Assembly (NCBI GenBank): GCA_910584385.1
Contig: CAJUAK010000006.1
Span: forward strand, 41,546 to 105,545
DNA: 64,000 bases
Direction of reading: 5' to 3'
Origin: an uncultured Alphaproteobacteria bacterium
Lineage (GTDB): Bacteria; Pseudomonadota; Alphaproteobacteria; RF32; CAG-239
Positions within the stretch are counted from its first letter, which is position 1; every line of letters begins with the position of its first letter. Of the stretch, positions 47,934-58,368 are shown one piece after another. The notes beneath the pieces are model-generated. The model was not told where the DNA came from, searched no databases, and saw nothing but the letters and a program-made list of their open reading frames with translations. The translations under genes and the position numbers were made by a program.

Positions 47934-49202
47934 TTATGCTGATTTTTTATCTTTTTTCTTATAGACGAACTTGGGCGCTTTTTTATCGTTAATGACCTTC
48001 TCATCAATGATAATTTCCGCCAAGCCTTTATTGTCAGGCACATCATACATAAGTTCCAAAAGGTTGTCCTCCATAATCGCGCGCAAACCGCGTGCGCCGG
48101 TTTTGCGTTCAATCGCTTTCTTGGCAATTGCACGCAAAGCGCCTTCTGTAATGGTCAGTTTGATATCTTCCATTTCGAACAGGGTCGTATATTGCTTAAC
48201 CAAAGCATTTTTGGGCTCTGTCAAAACCTTCATTAAAGCTTCTTCATTTAAATCGCCCAACGTTGCGATAATCGGCAAGCGCCCGACAAATTCCGGAATT
48301 AAACCGAATTTCAGCAAATCTTCCGGCTGAACATCCTTAATAATTTCGCCAATGCCCTTTTCTTCCGGAGAAGCGACTTTTGCACCAAAGCCGATTGAGG
48401 TTTCTTTGCCGCGGCGTCCGACTATTTTTTCAAGACCGGCAAAAGCGCCGCCGCAGATAAACAAAATATTTGTCGTATCTACATGCAAAAACTCCTGTTG
48501 CGGATGTTTTCTTCCCCCTTGCGGCGGAACATTCGCTACCGTGCCTTCGATAATTTTTAACAGCGCCTGCTGTACGCCTTCGCCCGAGACGTCTCTGGTA
48601 ATGGAAGGGCCGTCGGTTTTGCGGGTTATTTTATCAATCTCATCAATATAAACAATGCCGCGCTGGGCTTTTTCAATATCATAATTTGCCGCCTGAACCA
48701 GTTTTAAGATGATATTTTCAACATCTTCACCGACATATCCGGCTTCCGTCAATGTTGTCGCATCGGCGATTGCAAAAGGCACATCCAAAATTTTCGCAAG
48801 GGTTTGCGCCAACAGGGTTTTTCCGCTTCCGGTCGAACCAATCAGGATAACATTTGATTTTGAAATATCGACATCTTTATGGCTCGCCAGGCAGTTTAGG
48901 CGTTTATAGTGGTTATAGACCGCTACGGAGAGAACTTTCTTTGCCTGGTCCTGCCCGATAACGTACTGGTCCAAAAATTCTTTTATTTTGGATGGTGTCG
49001 GCAAATTGCCTTCACTCTCAAACCCTTGTTCCTGTTTTTTCTGTTCGGCCATTTCATCGGCAACAATATTTATGCAAACTTCTATACATTCGTCGCAGAT
49101 GTAAACGCCGCGCCCGGCGATCAGCTTTTTTACTTCATTTTGGCTTTTGCCGCAGAAGGAGCAGTGCAGCAGTTCGCCGTTATTCGTCTTATCTTCGGCC
49201 AT
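47934..49202 (-). CDS. clpX: ATP-dependent Clp protease ATP-binding subunit ClpX
   Basis: 422 aa with a Zn-binding N-terminus (CSFCGK...CDECI), Walker A GSTGSGKT and an IGF loop. Confidence 0.95.
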   Translation of the reverse strand: MAEDKTNNGELLHCSFCGKSQNEVKKLIAGRGVYICDECIEVCINIVADEMAEQKKQEQGFESEGNLPTPSKIKEFLDQYVIGQDQAKKVLSVAVYNHYKRLNCLASHKDVDISKSNVILIGSTGSGKTLLAQTLAKILDVPFAIADATTLTEAGYVGEDVENIILKLVQAANYDIEKAQRGIVYIDEIDKITRKTDGPSITRDVSGEGVQQALLKIIEGTVANVPPQGGRKHPQQEFLHVDTTNILFICGGAFAGLEKIVGRRGKETSIGFGAKVASPEEKGIGEIIKDVQPEDLLKFGLIPEFVGRLPIIATLGDLNEEALMKVLTEPKNALVKQYTTLFEMEDIKLTITEGALRAIAKKAIERKTGARGLRAIMEDNLLELMYDVPDNKGLAEIIIDEKVINDKKAPKFVYKKKDKKSA

Positions 49203-49211
49203 TTAACCCTC

Positions 49212-49835
49212 CTATTTCATTTCTTCGCGGGAAGCGACAATATGGTCAATCAGGCCAAAGGCCTTCGCTTCTTCAGGAGACATAAAATTATCCCTTTCCA
49301 TTGCTTTTTCAACCACGGATAATTTCTGTCCCGTATGGTGTACATATATTTGGTTTAAACGTTTTTTCAATTTCAGAATCTCATTCGCCTGGATTTCAAT
49401 ATCCGTTGCCTGCCCTTTGACACCGCCTGAAGGCTGGTGAATCATAATCCGAGAATTTGGCAGGGAAAAGCGTTTGCCTTTCGTACCGCCTGCAAGCAAA
49501 AGGGAACCCATTGAGCAGGCCTGGCCGATGCAAAGCGTGTTTACGTCGCAGGAAATGTATTGCATTGTATCATACATCGCCATTCCGGATGTTACAATTC
49601 CCCCCGGCGAATTGATATAAAGGTAAATATCTTTTTTGGGATTTTCAGATTCCAAAAACAGCAGCTGTGCGCAAACGAGGGAAGAAACCTCATCATTCAC
49701 TTCCCCGGTCAAGAAAATAATCCTTTCTTTGAGCAAGCGGGAAAAAATATCAAAAGAGCGTTCACCGCGCGATGTTTGTTCAATAACCATCGGCACCAGG
49801 GAATTTTTTATAGCGTCCATTTTTCCTCCAGACAT
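49212..49835 (-). CDS. clpP: ATP-dependent Clp protease proteolytic subunit
   Basis: 207 aa with the catalytic triad context ([14 protein letters not shown]). Confidence 0.95.
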   Translation of the reverse strand: MSGGKMDAIKNSLVPMVIEQTSRGERSFDIFSRLLKERIIFLTGEVNDEVSSLVCAQLLFLESENPKKDIYLYINSPGGIVTSGMAMYDTMQYISCDVNTLCIGQACSMGSLLLAGGTKGKRFSLPNSRIMIHQPSGGVKGQATDIEIQANEILKLKKRLNQIYVHHTGQKLSVVEKAMERDNFMSPEEAKAFGLIDHIVASREEMK

Positions 49836-49949
49836 ATTTTATTCTTTTTCAACAACTAACAATTACTGTGGATAAAGATAACATAATTTATTCAACAAAT
49901 TATTAATAGTTTAAACTTTTTTTAAGTTGCCCCATAGAAGGATTTTACC

Positions 49950-51500
49950 ATGAAAACAGCTATAATTATCGGAGCCGGACCAGCCGGGTTAGCCGCGGCT
50001 ATGGAGCTGTTGGACAAGACGGATATCAAACCTGTTATCGTAGAGGCAGAAGATTTTGTCGGGGGCATTGCCTGCACTATTGATTACAAAGGCAATAAAA
50101 TGGATATGGGCGGCCACCGCTTTTTTACAAAATCAGAAAGAGTTAACACATGGTGGCGCAGCCTTTTGCCGCCTCAAAGCGCACCGGCCGCCGACGATAT
50201 TTTGCTTGGGCGCCCCGTTCCCGGCCTGTCTTCCGGCGGCGCCGATCCTGAAGCTGATGATGAGGTTATGCTTTCCAGGCCAAGAATTTCCAGAATTTAT
50301 TATCTGAAGCGCTTCTTCGATTACCCGGTAAAACTAAACATGAAAACAATCCGGGGCCTTGGGACATGGAAAATTTGCGAGATAGGGCTTTCTTATTTAA
50401 AAACCTTATTTTTTAAAAGGAAAGAAAAATCTTTGGAAGATTTTTTTATCAACCGTTTTGGCAATGAGTTATATTTAACGTTTTTCAAAGATTACACCGA
50501 AAAATTATGGGGCATTCCCTGCTGCCGGATTGCCGCGGACTGGGGTGCCCAGCGCGTCAAGGGCATTTCCATCTGGGAAATTATAAAAGACATTGGCAAG
50601 AAAACTTTTCACATTAAATCTTCGCATACCGAAACAAGCCTGATAGAAAATTTTTCATACCCAAAATTCGGCCCCGGGCAATTATGGAATTGCGCGGCGC
50701 AAAAAATCATTCAATCCGGCGGACAGATTAACCTTGGTGAAAAAGTTACCAAAATATGCAAAAATGATAATCTCATCACGGCAATCGAAACCCAAAACGC
50801 AAAAGGCGAAAGAAAAACCTACAAAGCAGACTATTTTTTCTCTTCCATGCCAGTCAAAGATTTGATTAACATAACCAATGATGTTCCGCCTCAGGTTAAA
50901 GAAACTGCCGATGGTCTGGTTTACAGAGATTTTATTGTTGCCGGGGTTTTGCTTGACGAGCTCGCCGTAAAAGATAAAAACAATGAAAAATTAAACATGC
51001 TCATCAAAGATACCTGGATTTATGTGCAGGAACCGGATGTCCAATTGGGGCGCGTTCAAATATTTAACAACTGGAGCCCTTACCTGCCCCGGGATTTTAA
51101 GAAACAAGTCTGGATCGGATTGGAATATTTTTGCAATGAACAAGACAGCTTGTGGAACTTGTCAGAAAAGGATTTCTGCAGCTTTGCAATTGCCGAAGCT
51201 GAAAAAATCGGACTAATAAAAAGCGCTTCCGTTATTGACTGCTGCCGGCATAAAGTGAAAAAAGCCTACCCTGCATATTTTGGCACTTACAAAAATTTTG
51301 ACACGGTTAAAGATTATGTAAATAGAATTGAAAACCTGTTTCTTATCGGGCGCAACGGCATGCACCGCTATAATAATATGGACCATTCCGTTTTGTCTGC
51401 CTTCACGGCTGTTGACAACATTGTTAGCGGAAGAAAAGATAAAAATAATATTTGGGCTGTCAACACGGAACAGGAATACCATGAAAAAAGAAACGCTTGA
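49950..51500 (+). CDS. UDP-galactopyranose mutase-family flavoprotein, long form with a low-complexity insertion
   Basis: 516 aa with the FAD Rossmann motif IIGAGPAGL. It aligns motif by motif with Glf: FVGGIACT matches [23 protein letters not shown] matches LYQALIKGYTEKQWG, and [12 protein letters not shown] matches GRLAEYKYYDMH. Confidence 0.7.
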   Translation: MKTAIIIGAGPAGLAAAMELLDKTDIKPVIVEAEDFVGGIACTIDYKGNKMDMGGHRFFTKSERVNTWWRSLLPPQSAPAADDILLGRPVPGLSSGGADPEADDEVMLSRPRISRIYYLKRFFDYPVKLNMKTIRGLGTWKICEIGLSYLKTLFFKRKEKSLEDFFINRFGNELYLTFFKDYTEKLWGIPCCRIAADWGAQRVKGISIWEIIKDIGKKTFHIKSSHTETSLIENFSYPKFGPGQLWNCAAQKIIQSGGQINLGEKVTKICKNDNLITAIETQNAKGERKTYKADYFFSSMPVKDLINITNDVPPQVKETADGLVYRDFIVAGVLLDELAVKDKNNEKLNMLIKDTWIYVQEPDVQLGRVQIFNNWSPYLPRDFKKQVWIGLEYFCNEQDSLWNLSEKDFCSFAIAEAEKIGLIKSASVIDCCRHKVKKAYPAYFGTYKNFDTVKDYVNRIENLFLIGRNGMHRYNNMDHSVLSAFTAVDNIVSGRKDKNNIWAVNTEQEYHEKRNA

Positions 51501-52896
51501 TGACTTTTTAAGGTTTTATATACCCGCCGCCCTGGCTTTGTCCCTGCTCCTCTTCATGCTGGCGCAAATTTATTTGAGGCTGTATATTGATGAAGTTGAA
51601 CATATTCATTCCTCTTGGCTTATTACACAGGGGCTTGTTCCTTACCGAGATTTTTTCCAGCACCACCACCCTTTGCTGTGGTATCTGCTTTTGCCTTTGG
51701 TCAAATTTATCAACAGCGACGTTACCTTGCATTTGGCAGGCCGGTGGCTTATGTTTGCCGGTTCTTGCTGTACCTTGTTTTTTACCAAAAAAATCGCGGA
51801 ACTTTTCATAAAGCAAAAAGTTATTGTCCGGACTGCGCTTCTTTTTACATTGGCAAACCCGGTATTCATTCTGAAATCAGATATCCGGCCGGATGTTTTT
51901 ATGACCGCGTTCTTTTATGCCGGGCTTTATAACACTTTGTTGTATCTTGCAGATTTTCAAAGGAAACATTTAACAAGGGCTTTCTTTTTATTTGCCATTG
52001 CCTTCTTATTTCTGCAAAAAGTTTTAATTCCCTGCTTTGCCGTCGGGCTTGTCTTGTTATATTTCCTGTTTTCTAAAAAGGCTTTATGGAAGGATGTGTT
52101 TATAGCCTTTATCCCCGCCGGAATATTGCTCCTGCTGTTTTTTACATATTTTATTTTTAACGGAGCCTGGAACGCGTATTTTCAGCTTAACTGGACATTA
52201 AACCTTTTATGGCCAAGAAGCAAAGATATGGACTTGTTATCGTTTTTGGCCATTGCCTATTTTTCTTTTGCGATTATTTCATCCCTTTTCATGATTAAAA
52301 AAGAAACGGTTTCGGGAAAAATAACCGCGTTTTTATTTCTTGCCATTTTCACATTAATCCAAATAACCTGCACAGAATATTTACAATATTATTTATATGT
52401 TATACCGCTTTCCGCAATTTGCGCTGCACAGGGAATGTTTTACAATAAATATGCAAAAATTACCGGCATTTTATGGCTGAACCTGATGATATTTACAATT
52501 ATTGAAGCCGCGCTTAATCCTAATTTTTCCCTGGCCGGCGAAAAAAGCCACGACCTTTTGAGGGCGATTGAAAAACAGACAGCGCATGATGATGTTATTT
52601 TTTGCGGTTCATCAAACTTCTGCAATATGAGGCATAAAGATATCGATTATTATTGGTTTTCGCTGCACAGAGGGGCAATCCATGCTCAAAAATATATCTC
52701 CCGCCCTTATCCTGACCTGGAAAAAGCCATAAAAACAAAAATGCCTAAAATTATTTATTATAAAGAGCCTTTGTTTGATGTTGACAAGCTCATTTATGAA
52801 GACAAAACGGAATATCTTCTGCGTTTGGATAAGGATTGGCTAAAAAAATATTATGAGCCTTTGGGCTTTGAGGATTTTTGGGTTAGGAAAAAATAA
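51481..52896 (+). CDS. GT-C-fold membrane glycosyltransferase (ArnT/PMT-like)
   Basis: Start at the ATG at 51481 (MKKETLDD). About 12 TM helices with a DEVEH (DE) motif in the first extracytoplasmic loop and a ~120-aa C-terminal soluble domain. Overlaps the upstream gene by 20 nt. Confidence 0.6.
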   Translation: MKKETLDDFLRFYIPAALALSLLLFMLAQIYLRLYIDEVEHIHSSWLITQGLVPYRDFFQHHHPLLWYLLLPLVKFINSDVTLHLAGRWLMFAGSCCTLFFTKKIAELFIKQKVIVRTALLFTLANPVFILKSDIRPDVFMTAFFYAGLYNTLLYLADFQRKHLTRAFFLFAIAFLFLQKVLIPCFAVGLVLLYFLFSKKALWKDVFIAFIPAGILLLLFFTYFIFNGAWNAYFQLNWTLNLLWPRSKDMDLLSFLAIAYFSFAIISSLFMIKKETVSGKITAFLFLAIFTLIQITCTEYLQYYLYVIPLSAICAAQGMFYNKYAKITGILWLNLMIFTIIEAALNPNFSLAGEKSHDLLRAIEKQTAHDDVIFCGSSNFCNMRHKDIDYYWFSLHRGAIHAQKYISRPYPDLEKAIKTKMPKIIYYKEPLFDVDKLIYEDKTEYLLRLDKDWLKKYYEPLGFEDFWVRKK

Positions 52897-52899
52897 GCA

Positions 52900-52930
52900 T
52901 AAAAAAACCGCCTTAAAGGCGGTTTTTTTA
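52900..52930. terminator. bidirectional terminator between the GT-C gene and tig
   Basis: ACCGCC-TTAAA-GGCGGT hairpin flanked by an A7 and a T6 run. Confidence 0.7.
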
Positions 52931-52943
52931 TGTATCGGAATGA

Positions 52944-54323
52944 TTAAGCAGATTTCTTGGCTGCTTTTTTGGCTGCAGGCTTCTTCTCGGCCTTTTCAGC
53001 TTTTCCTTCATCAAAATTATACAATTCCTCAACAGAGATAACCTTATCTGCCACTTTAGAATTGCTAATGATGTGGTCAATGATTTTTTCTTCAAAAACC
53101 GGCGCTTTCAAATTTTCAACAGCCTGTTTGTTTTTGATATAAAAATCAAATACGGCTTTTTCTTGTCCGGGATATTTCTTTGCTTCATTGGCAATTGCTT
53201 TATTAATATCCTCAGGCGTAATTGTTACTTTTGCCTGCTGTCCGATTTCAGAAAGAAGCAAGCCGAGTTTTACGCGGCGAACGGCAATATTTTTATATTC
53301 GGCCAGCAAGTCTTCTTCTTTCTTGTTTTTTTCACTTTCATCAAGCTGGTTATATTTCTTTGCCTGTTCATATTGGTCAACAATAGATTTATATTCAGCA
53401 TCGACCAAAGACTGGGGAACTTCAAAGCTGTATTCTTTATCCAAAGCATCCAGCAACTGGCGTTTCAGTTTCATGCGGGAAGCATTTTCATAATCTTCAT
53501 GAATGCGGTTTTTAATAACTTCTTTTAAGGAAGCCAAATCTTTTTCGCCGAGGGATTTGGCAAATTCGTCATCCAAAACAGTTTCTTTTGTTTCACGCAG
53601 TTCTTTAATTTCAACAGCGAAAACGGCTGCTTTTCCGGCCAAATCTTTTGCATGGTAATTTTCAGGGAATGTTACGTTTACATCCACTTTATCCCCTGCC
53701 TTTTTGCCAATCAGCTGGTCTTCAAAACCCGGGATAAAAGAACCCGAACCGAGTTCCAGAGGATAAGCATTGCCTTTGCCGCCCTGGAATTCAACGCCGT
53801 CAACAGAACCGACAAAGTCGATTACAACCGTGTCGCCTTTTTTCGCGGCGCGAGCTTCTTCAACCTTAGCAGTTTCCCTGCGGGACTGGGCTAAGTACTT
53901 CAAAGCTTTTTCAACTTCTTCCGCAGGAACTTCAGCCATATATTTTTCCAAAGAAAGCCCGGAGAAATCATTTACCTTGATTTCCGGAAGGTTATCTAAG
54001 GAAACCTCAAATTCAACATCTTTGCCGTCGGCAAAAGAAGTAATTTTAACTTCAGGCTGCATTGCGGGGCGCAGTTTTTTGTCTTTTACCAAATCTGCCG
54101 TAGCGGCACTTACAACTTCTTCCAAAACTTCGCCCATAACAGAATCTTTATATTTAGCCTTTAACATTGAAAAAGGCGCCTTGCCGGCACGGAAGCCGGG
54201 AAGCTTAACAGATTTTGAAATTTTGGTAATTTTTTCATCAACTTTTTTTGCAAAATCTTCTGCAGAAACAGTGATTTTATATGATTTTTTAAGTCCTTCA
54301 GACTTTAATTCGGTAACGTTCAT
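52944..54323 (-). CDS. tig: trigger factor
   Basis: 459 aa with a ribosome-binding N-domain (GFRAGKAP), an FKBP domain and a C-domain. Ends in a Lys/Ala-rich tail. Confidence 0.9.
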   Translation of the reverse strand: MNVTELKSEGLKKSYKITVSAEDFAKKVDEKITKISKSVKLPGFRAGKAPFSMLKAKYKDSVMGEVLEEVVSAATADLVKDKKLRPAMQPEVKITSFADGKDVEFEVSLDNLPEIKVNDFSGLSLEKYMAEVPAEEVEKALKYLAQSRRETAKVEEARAAKKGDTVVIDFVGSVDGVEFQGGKGNAYPLELGSGSFIPGFEDQLIGKKAGDKVDVNVTFPENYHAKDLAGKAAVFAVEIKELRETKETVLDDEFAKSLGEKDLASLKEVIKNRIHEDYENASRMKLKRQLLDALDKEYSFEVPQSLVDAEYKSIVDQYEQAKKYNQLDESEKNKKEEDLLAEYKNIAVRRVKLGLLLSEIGQQAKVTITPEDINKAIANEAKKYPGQEKAVFDFYIKNKQAVENLKAPVFEEKIIDHIISNSKVADKVISVEELYNFDEGKAEKAEKKPAAKKAAKKSA

Positions 54324-54370
54324 TCAACTACTCTTTGAAATTAGGGTTATTACAATTTTCAAAAGAAACA

Positions 54371-54455
54371 TGGTGCGGGCGAAGAGACTCGAACTCTTAA
54401 GCCTCGCGGCACCAGATCCTAAGTCTGGCGTGTCTACCAATTTCACCACGCCCGC
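54371..54455 (-). tRNA. tRNA-Leu (anticodon UAG)
   Basis: Reverse complement is GCGGGCGTGGTGAAATTGGTAGACACGCCAGACTTAGGATCTGGTGCCGCGAGGCTTAAGAGTTCGAGTCTCTTCGCCCGCACCA. It has a long variable arm and an encoded CCA. Confidence 0.9.
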
Positions 54456-54593
54456 TATTCTTCTATTTTGCTTGCATACTAACTATTTTTTCGTAGAAAT
54501 CAAGTCAAAATTCACAATGCAAACAAAATTATTGTATTATTTTCTAATATTTTATAAGATGGGGCAATAAAAGAAATATTAAGGAGTACCCCG

Positions 54594-55856
54594 GTGGTTT
54601 CATATAAGCCTTTATGCAGCATTTTATTCCCTGTTGCGGCCGCTTCCCTGCTCTGCGGCTGCAGTGTTTTTGATTCACCTGCCTCAAAAGCAAAAAGCGA
54701 TACACGCTACTTTTGGCAGGATGACGGTTCCGGCGAAGCCAATTTGGCTACGGTCGCCTATTCACAGGGAGATTTTGACGCTGCCGAGACACATGTCATC
54801 AAGGCTTTGCAAATTGACCCGCGCCAACGCCAGGCTCTCATGGTCGGCGGATTGCTGTATGAACAGCTCGGCCGCCCTAACCGCGCACGCCAGTATTATG
54901 AAGATATCATCATTTACGGCGGCGATGCGACAACAATTTTAGGAACCAGCAGCGGAACGCCTGAAAAGATGACCGATGTCGCTAAAAAACGCCTGCGCTT
55001 GATAAATGTCCACCAGACAAAACTTATTGTGGAAGATGAAAACGGCGAAAAAGTTTTTAACATCAGCGAAGAAGGCGGGCAAAAGCAGCGCCGTTCTGCT
55101 ATTGAACAGGCTCTCTTCCGCCAAAATAAAAAACAGCAGGCTGACCAACGCGTTCCCAGCAGCGCCGAACAGCTGGAAGCCGTCGAGGTCCTTTTCACGC
55201 CCAATGAACAAAATATCATCTCCCGCTTCCTTATATTAAAAGAGCTGGCTGAAAAAGACTTAATCACCAAGGAAGAGTTTTTGACGCGGCGCATGGCGAA
55301 TATCGGCGGGCTATTGCCCTTGACAAACCTTCCGCCCGCAACAGCGGCGGACAAATCCGTTCCTTCGCCTGATTTGATTATTGAGAGAATCGGCGTATTA
55401 AAAGATGCCGTCGAGGCCAGAGCCATTACCCCTCAGGAATTTTCTGCCGAAAGAGATACGATTATCGAGGCTCTCCTTCCTCCAAACCCGCGCAACAGGC
55501 TTAAAAGGAAATCCCCGCCTTCTGACATTTTGGAAGCGGCAAAGGATTTGCGCAAGCTTGAAATGCTACAGGAACTCGGGCTGATTACCGAAAAAGAAAA
55601 AATAAAAGAAAAGAAAGAAATTGAAAAACATATTGGCATTAACCAAAAGGCGCCGGCAGAAAAGCTTCCTGAAAAAAAGATGGAAGTGGCCGAAACAAAA
55701 ATCGAGCTTCAGGCCCCTTCTGAAAGTGATAATTCCGATACCGTAAAAACGATTGTTATTGAAGAAGTCAAGGAAGAAGCCGCCTCTTCTTTTGCCCCTT
55801 CTAAAAATGCAATTATGCCGGAACCATTAATTCCTAACGTTTCCAGCCCTTTTTAA
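54594..55856 (+). CDS. lipoprotein with an N-terminal TPR-like region and three SHOCT-like repeats
   Basis: 420 aa with the lipobox LLCGC. TPR-like segment AYSQGDFDAAETHVIKALQIDP. Repeated L..L.elGlIT.eEF motifs (ILKELAEKDLITKEEF, ITPQEFSAERDTIIEALL, LQELGLITEKEKIKEKKEIEKHIG). Confidence 0.55.
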   Translation: MVSYKPLCSILFPVAAASLLCGCSVFDSPASKAKSDTRYFWQDDGSGEANLATVAYSQGDFDAAETHVIKALQIDPRQRQALMVGGLLYEQLGRPNRARQYYEDIIIYGGDATTILGTSSGTPEKMTDVAKKRLRLINVHQTKLIVEDENGEKVFNISEEGGQKQRRSAIEQALFRQNKKQQADQRVPSSAEQLEAVEVLFTPNEQNIISRFLILKELAEKDLITKEEFLTRRMANIGGLLPLTNLPPATAADKSVPSPDLIIERIGVLKDAVEARAITPQEFSAERDTIIEALLPPNPRNRLKRKSPPSDILEAAKDLRKLEMLQELGLITEKEKIKEKKEIEKHIGINQKAPAEKLPEKKMEVAETKIELQAPSESDNSDTVKTIVIEEVKEEAASSFAPSKNAIMPEPLIPNVSSPF

Positions 55857-55875
55857 GCGATAGAAAGATAACAGA

Positions 55876-57459
55876 ATGAATAATGATAATTTGCGCAAAA
55901 CATTTGCCATTATCTCGCACCCTGATGCGGGTAAAACGACCCTGACTGAAAAATTGCTGCTTTTCGGCGGCGCCATCCAACAGGCCGGTGCCGTCAAAGC
56001 CCGCGGCGAAAACCGGCGTGCCCATTCCGACTGGATGAAGGTTGAACAGGAACGCGGCATTTCAGTTGCCTCTTCCGTGATGACTTTTGATTATCAGAAC
56101 ATTACTTTTAACCTGCTTGACACTCCCGGACACGAAGACTTTTCCGAAGACACCTACAGGGTTTTGACAGCTGTCGACTCTGCCGTTATGGTGCTTGATT
56201 CTGCCAAAGGTATCGAAACGCAGACAAAAAAGCTTTTTGAAGTCTGCCGCTTAAGAGACGTGCCGATTATCACTTTTATCAATAAGCTCGACCGTGAGGG
56301 GCTTGACCCTTTCTGCCTTTTGGATGACATTGAAAAAACTTTGGCTATGGAAGTTACCCCTGCAAGCTGGCCTATCGGCATGGGAAAAGATTTCCTCGGC
56401 TGTTATGATTTATTAAACGACCGCCTTATCCTGATGAATAAGGAAGGTTCAAAGTCGCAGATAAATGATGTTATTGAAACCTGCAACGGTTTGGATGATG
56501 AAAAATTGGACAAGCTTTTGCCGGCGCATGCCGTTGAAAAACTTCGCGAAGACGTGATGATGATTAAAGAGCTTTGCCCGCCTTTTGACTTGCAATCATA
56601 TTTGGACGGCGTCCAAACGCCGGTCTTTTTCGGAAGCGCCGTCAATAATTTTGGCGTCAGGGAAGTATTGGGCGGATTGCACCAATTTGCTCCGGCTCCC
56701 CGCCCTCATCCGGCATCTGAACGCCTTGTTCAGCCAGATGAGAAAAAAGTCAGCGGCTTTGTTTTTAAAATCCAGGCAAATATGGATCCCAAACACCGGG
56801 ACCGCATTGCCTTTATGCGTTTATGTTCCGGACATTTTAAACGCGGCATGACATTAACGCAGGTTCGCACCAACAAGGGCATTAAAGTTCCAACACCGGT
56901 TATGTTTTTAGCCCAGGAAAGAGAACTGGCCGAGGATGCTTTTCCCGGCGATATTATCGGCATTCCCAACCACGGCCAATTGCGAATCGGCGATACGCTG
57001 ACCGAAGGCGAAAAGCTTCACTTTACGGGAATTCCGACTTTTGCGCCAGAGCTTCTAAAATCTGTCCGCGCTTTAGACCCGCTTAAATCAAAACATCTGG
57101 GCAATGCCTTGCAGCAAATTGCAGAAGAAGGCGGCGCCAGCATTTTTAAGCCGATTGTCGGTTCAGAATGGATTGTCGGGGTTGTCGGCGCTTTGCAGTT
57201 TGAGGTTATGGCCGACCGTATCCGCACGGAATTTGGCATTCCGGTTTTGTTTGAGCCGACACAGTATTACACGGCACGCTGGATTAGCTGCGATGATAAA
57301 AAAGAATTGGAAAAGTTTAATAACAGTATGCAGGCGAATCTTGCCGAGGACCATAATAAAGATATTGTCTTTTTGGCAAGGAACGCCTGGCATCTGAATA
57401 AAGCTCAGGAAGACTTTCCAAAGGTCAAATTTAATAAGACGATAGAAAGCAACAACTAG
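55876..57459 (+). CDS. prfC: peptide chain release factor 3
   Basis: 527 aa with the translational GTPase motifs AIISHPDAGKTT, DTPGHEDF and NKLD, and RF3 C-terminal domains. Confidence 0.9.
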   Translation: MNNDNLRKTFAIISHPDAGKTTLTEKLLLFGGAIQQAGAVKARGENRRAHSDWMKVEQERGISVASSVMTFDYQNITFNLLDTPGHEDFSEDTYRVLTAVDSAVMVLDSAKGIETQTKKLFEVCRLRDVPIITFINKLDREGLDPFCLLDDIEKTLAMEVTPASWPIGMGKDFLGCYDLLNDRLILMNKEGSKSQINDVIETCNGLDDEKLDKLLPAHAVEKLREDVMMIKELCPPFDLQSYLDGVQTPVFFGSAVNNFGVREVLGGLHQFAPAPRPHPASERLVQPDEKKVSGFVFKIQANMDPKHRDRIAFMRLCSGHFKRGMTLTQVRTNKGIKVPTPVMFLAQERELAEDAFPGDIIGIPNHGQLRIGDTLTEGEKLHFTGIPTFAPELLKSVRALDPLKSKHLGNALQQIAEEGGASIFKPIVGSEWIVGVVGALQFEVMADRIRTEFGIPVLFEPTQYYTARWISCDDKKELEKFNNSMQANLAEDHNKDIVFLARNAWHLNKAQEDFPKVKFNKTIESNN

Positions 57460-57460
57460 C

Positions 57461-57799
57461 CTATCCCATCAACCTTCCGCCAATGGAAAGGGTGGAAGCA
57501 GGCATATCAATAAATTCTATGTTGACCAGCTGCTTTTCAACGCCCAGTTCTGCAGTTATGAAATCTGTCAGCCTACCGGCCAGAGAAGAAACATCGTTAA
57601 AGCCGATTGAGCGCATTTCAACCAAGGCGCCGTTTCGGTCTGCGCTGCCGGCAAAAGACATTGCCCCGTTTACATCCAGTTCTACAATAACGTAGCTTAC
57701 CGGCTTGTGTAATTCAGCAGCTACAAAAGCCGCTGCTTTTTCAACAAAGCTTTGTTTGTCTGCAGAAGTTTTATTGGTATGGATTGTTAAAAACGGCAT
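57461..57799 (-). CDS. MIF/tautomerase-superfamily protein
   Basis: 112 aa starting MPFLTIHTN. The Pro-1 catalytic N-terminus is typical of MIF-like tautomerases. Confidence 0.6.
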   Translation of the reverse strand: MPFLTIHTNKTSADKQSFVEKAAAFVAAELHKPVSYVIVELDVNGAMSFAGSADRNGALVEMRSIGFNDVSSLAGRLTDFITAELGVEKQLVNIEFIDMPASTLSIGGRLMG

Positions 57800-57884
57800 T
57801 TTTTTCTCCTTTATATTTTTTCTTAAGTTTATGGCAGAAAATTATTTTTGCAATAAAAAAAACAGAGCATCAAGCTCTGTTTGC

Positions 57885-58250
57885 TTAAGACATATTCACT
57901 TCAATGACGCCTTTGTCATTCAGACGGTATTGGGCATCGCCAATCTGCGTCATCTGACCATTCAAAGGGGCAAAACTGCAGATGCTGGGAACATCGATAA
58001 AGCTTCCGTCCCAGATTCCTAAGAATCCGATATTGTGGACTTTTCCTTTTTCGACGCAGCTCCCTTTCCAAACAAACATAACGCTATATTTGTTTCCGCA
58101 CATCATCGGAAGGATTAAGATTCCGGGAGTAACGGATATATGCTCTACATTGTGATGCGCCTTTAAAGCTTTTTCTGCGTATCTGCGGGTTAACCATTTG
58201 GCTTCAACCGTAACAGTTTCGCCATTGAAATCACAAATCTTCTTTTCCAT
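57885..58250 (-). CDS. hypothetical small protein
   Basis: 121-aa ORF. No family recognised. Confidence 0.4.
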   Translation of the reverse strand: MEKKICDFNGETVTVEAKWLTRRYAEKALKAHHNVEHISVTPGILILPMMCGNKYSVMFVWKGSCVEKGKVHNIGFLGIWDGSFIDVPSICSFAPLNGQMTQIGDAQYRLNDKGVIEVNMS

Positions 58251-58368
58251 AATTATTTATACATGATTTATTTTGCCAGCAAATTATCATGGATAAACAT
58301 ATTGTCAATAGCCTTTATAAAAAAATCCCGGCATTCCATATAATGCCGGGATTTTTCACAATTGCCTT

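Noticed and set aside
53770-54570. 266-aa plus-strand ORF overlapping tig and tRNA-Leu.
   Set aside because: It lies antisense within trigger factor and runs across a tRNA gene. It has low-complexity S/T/A-rich composition typical of antisense frames.
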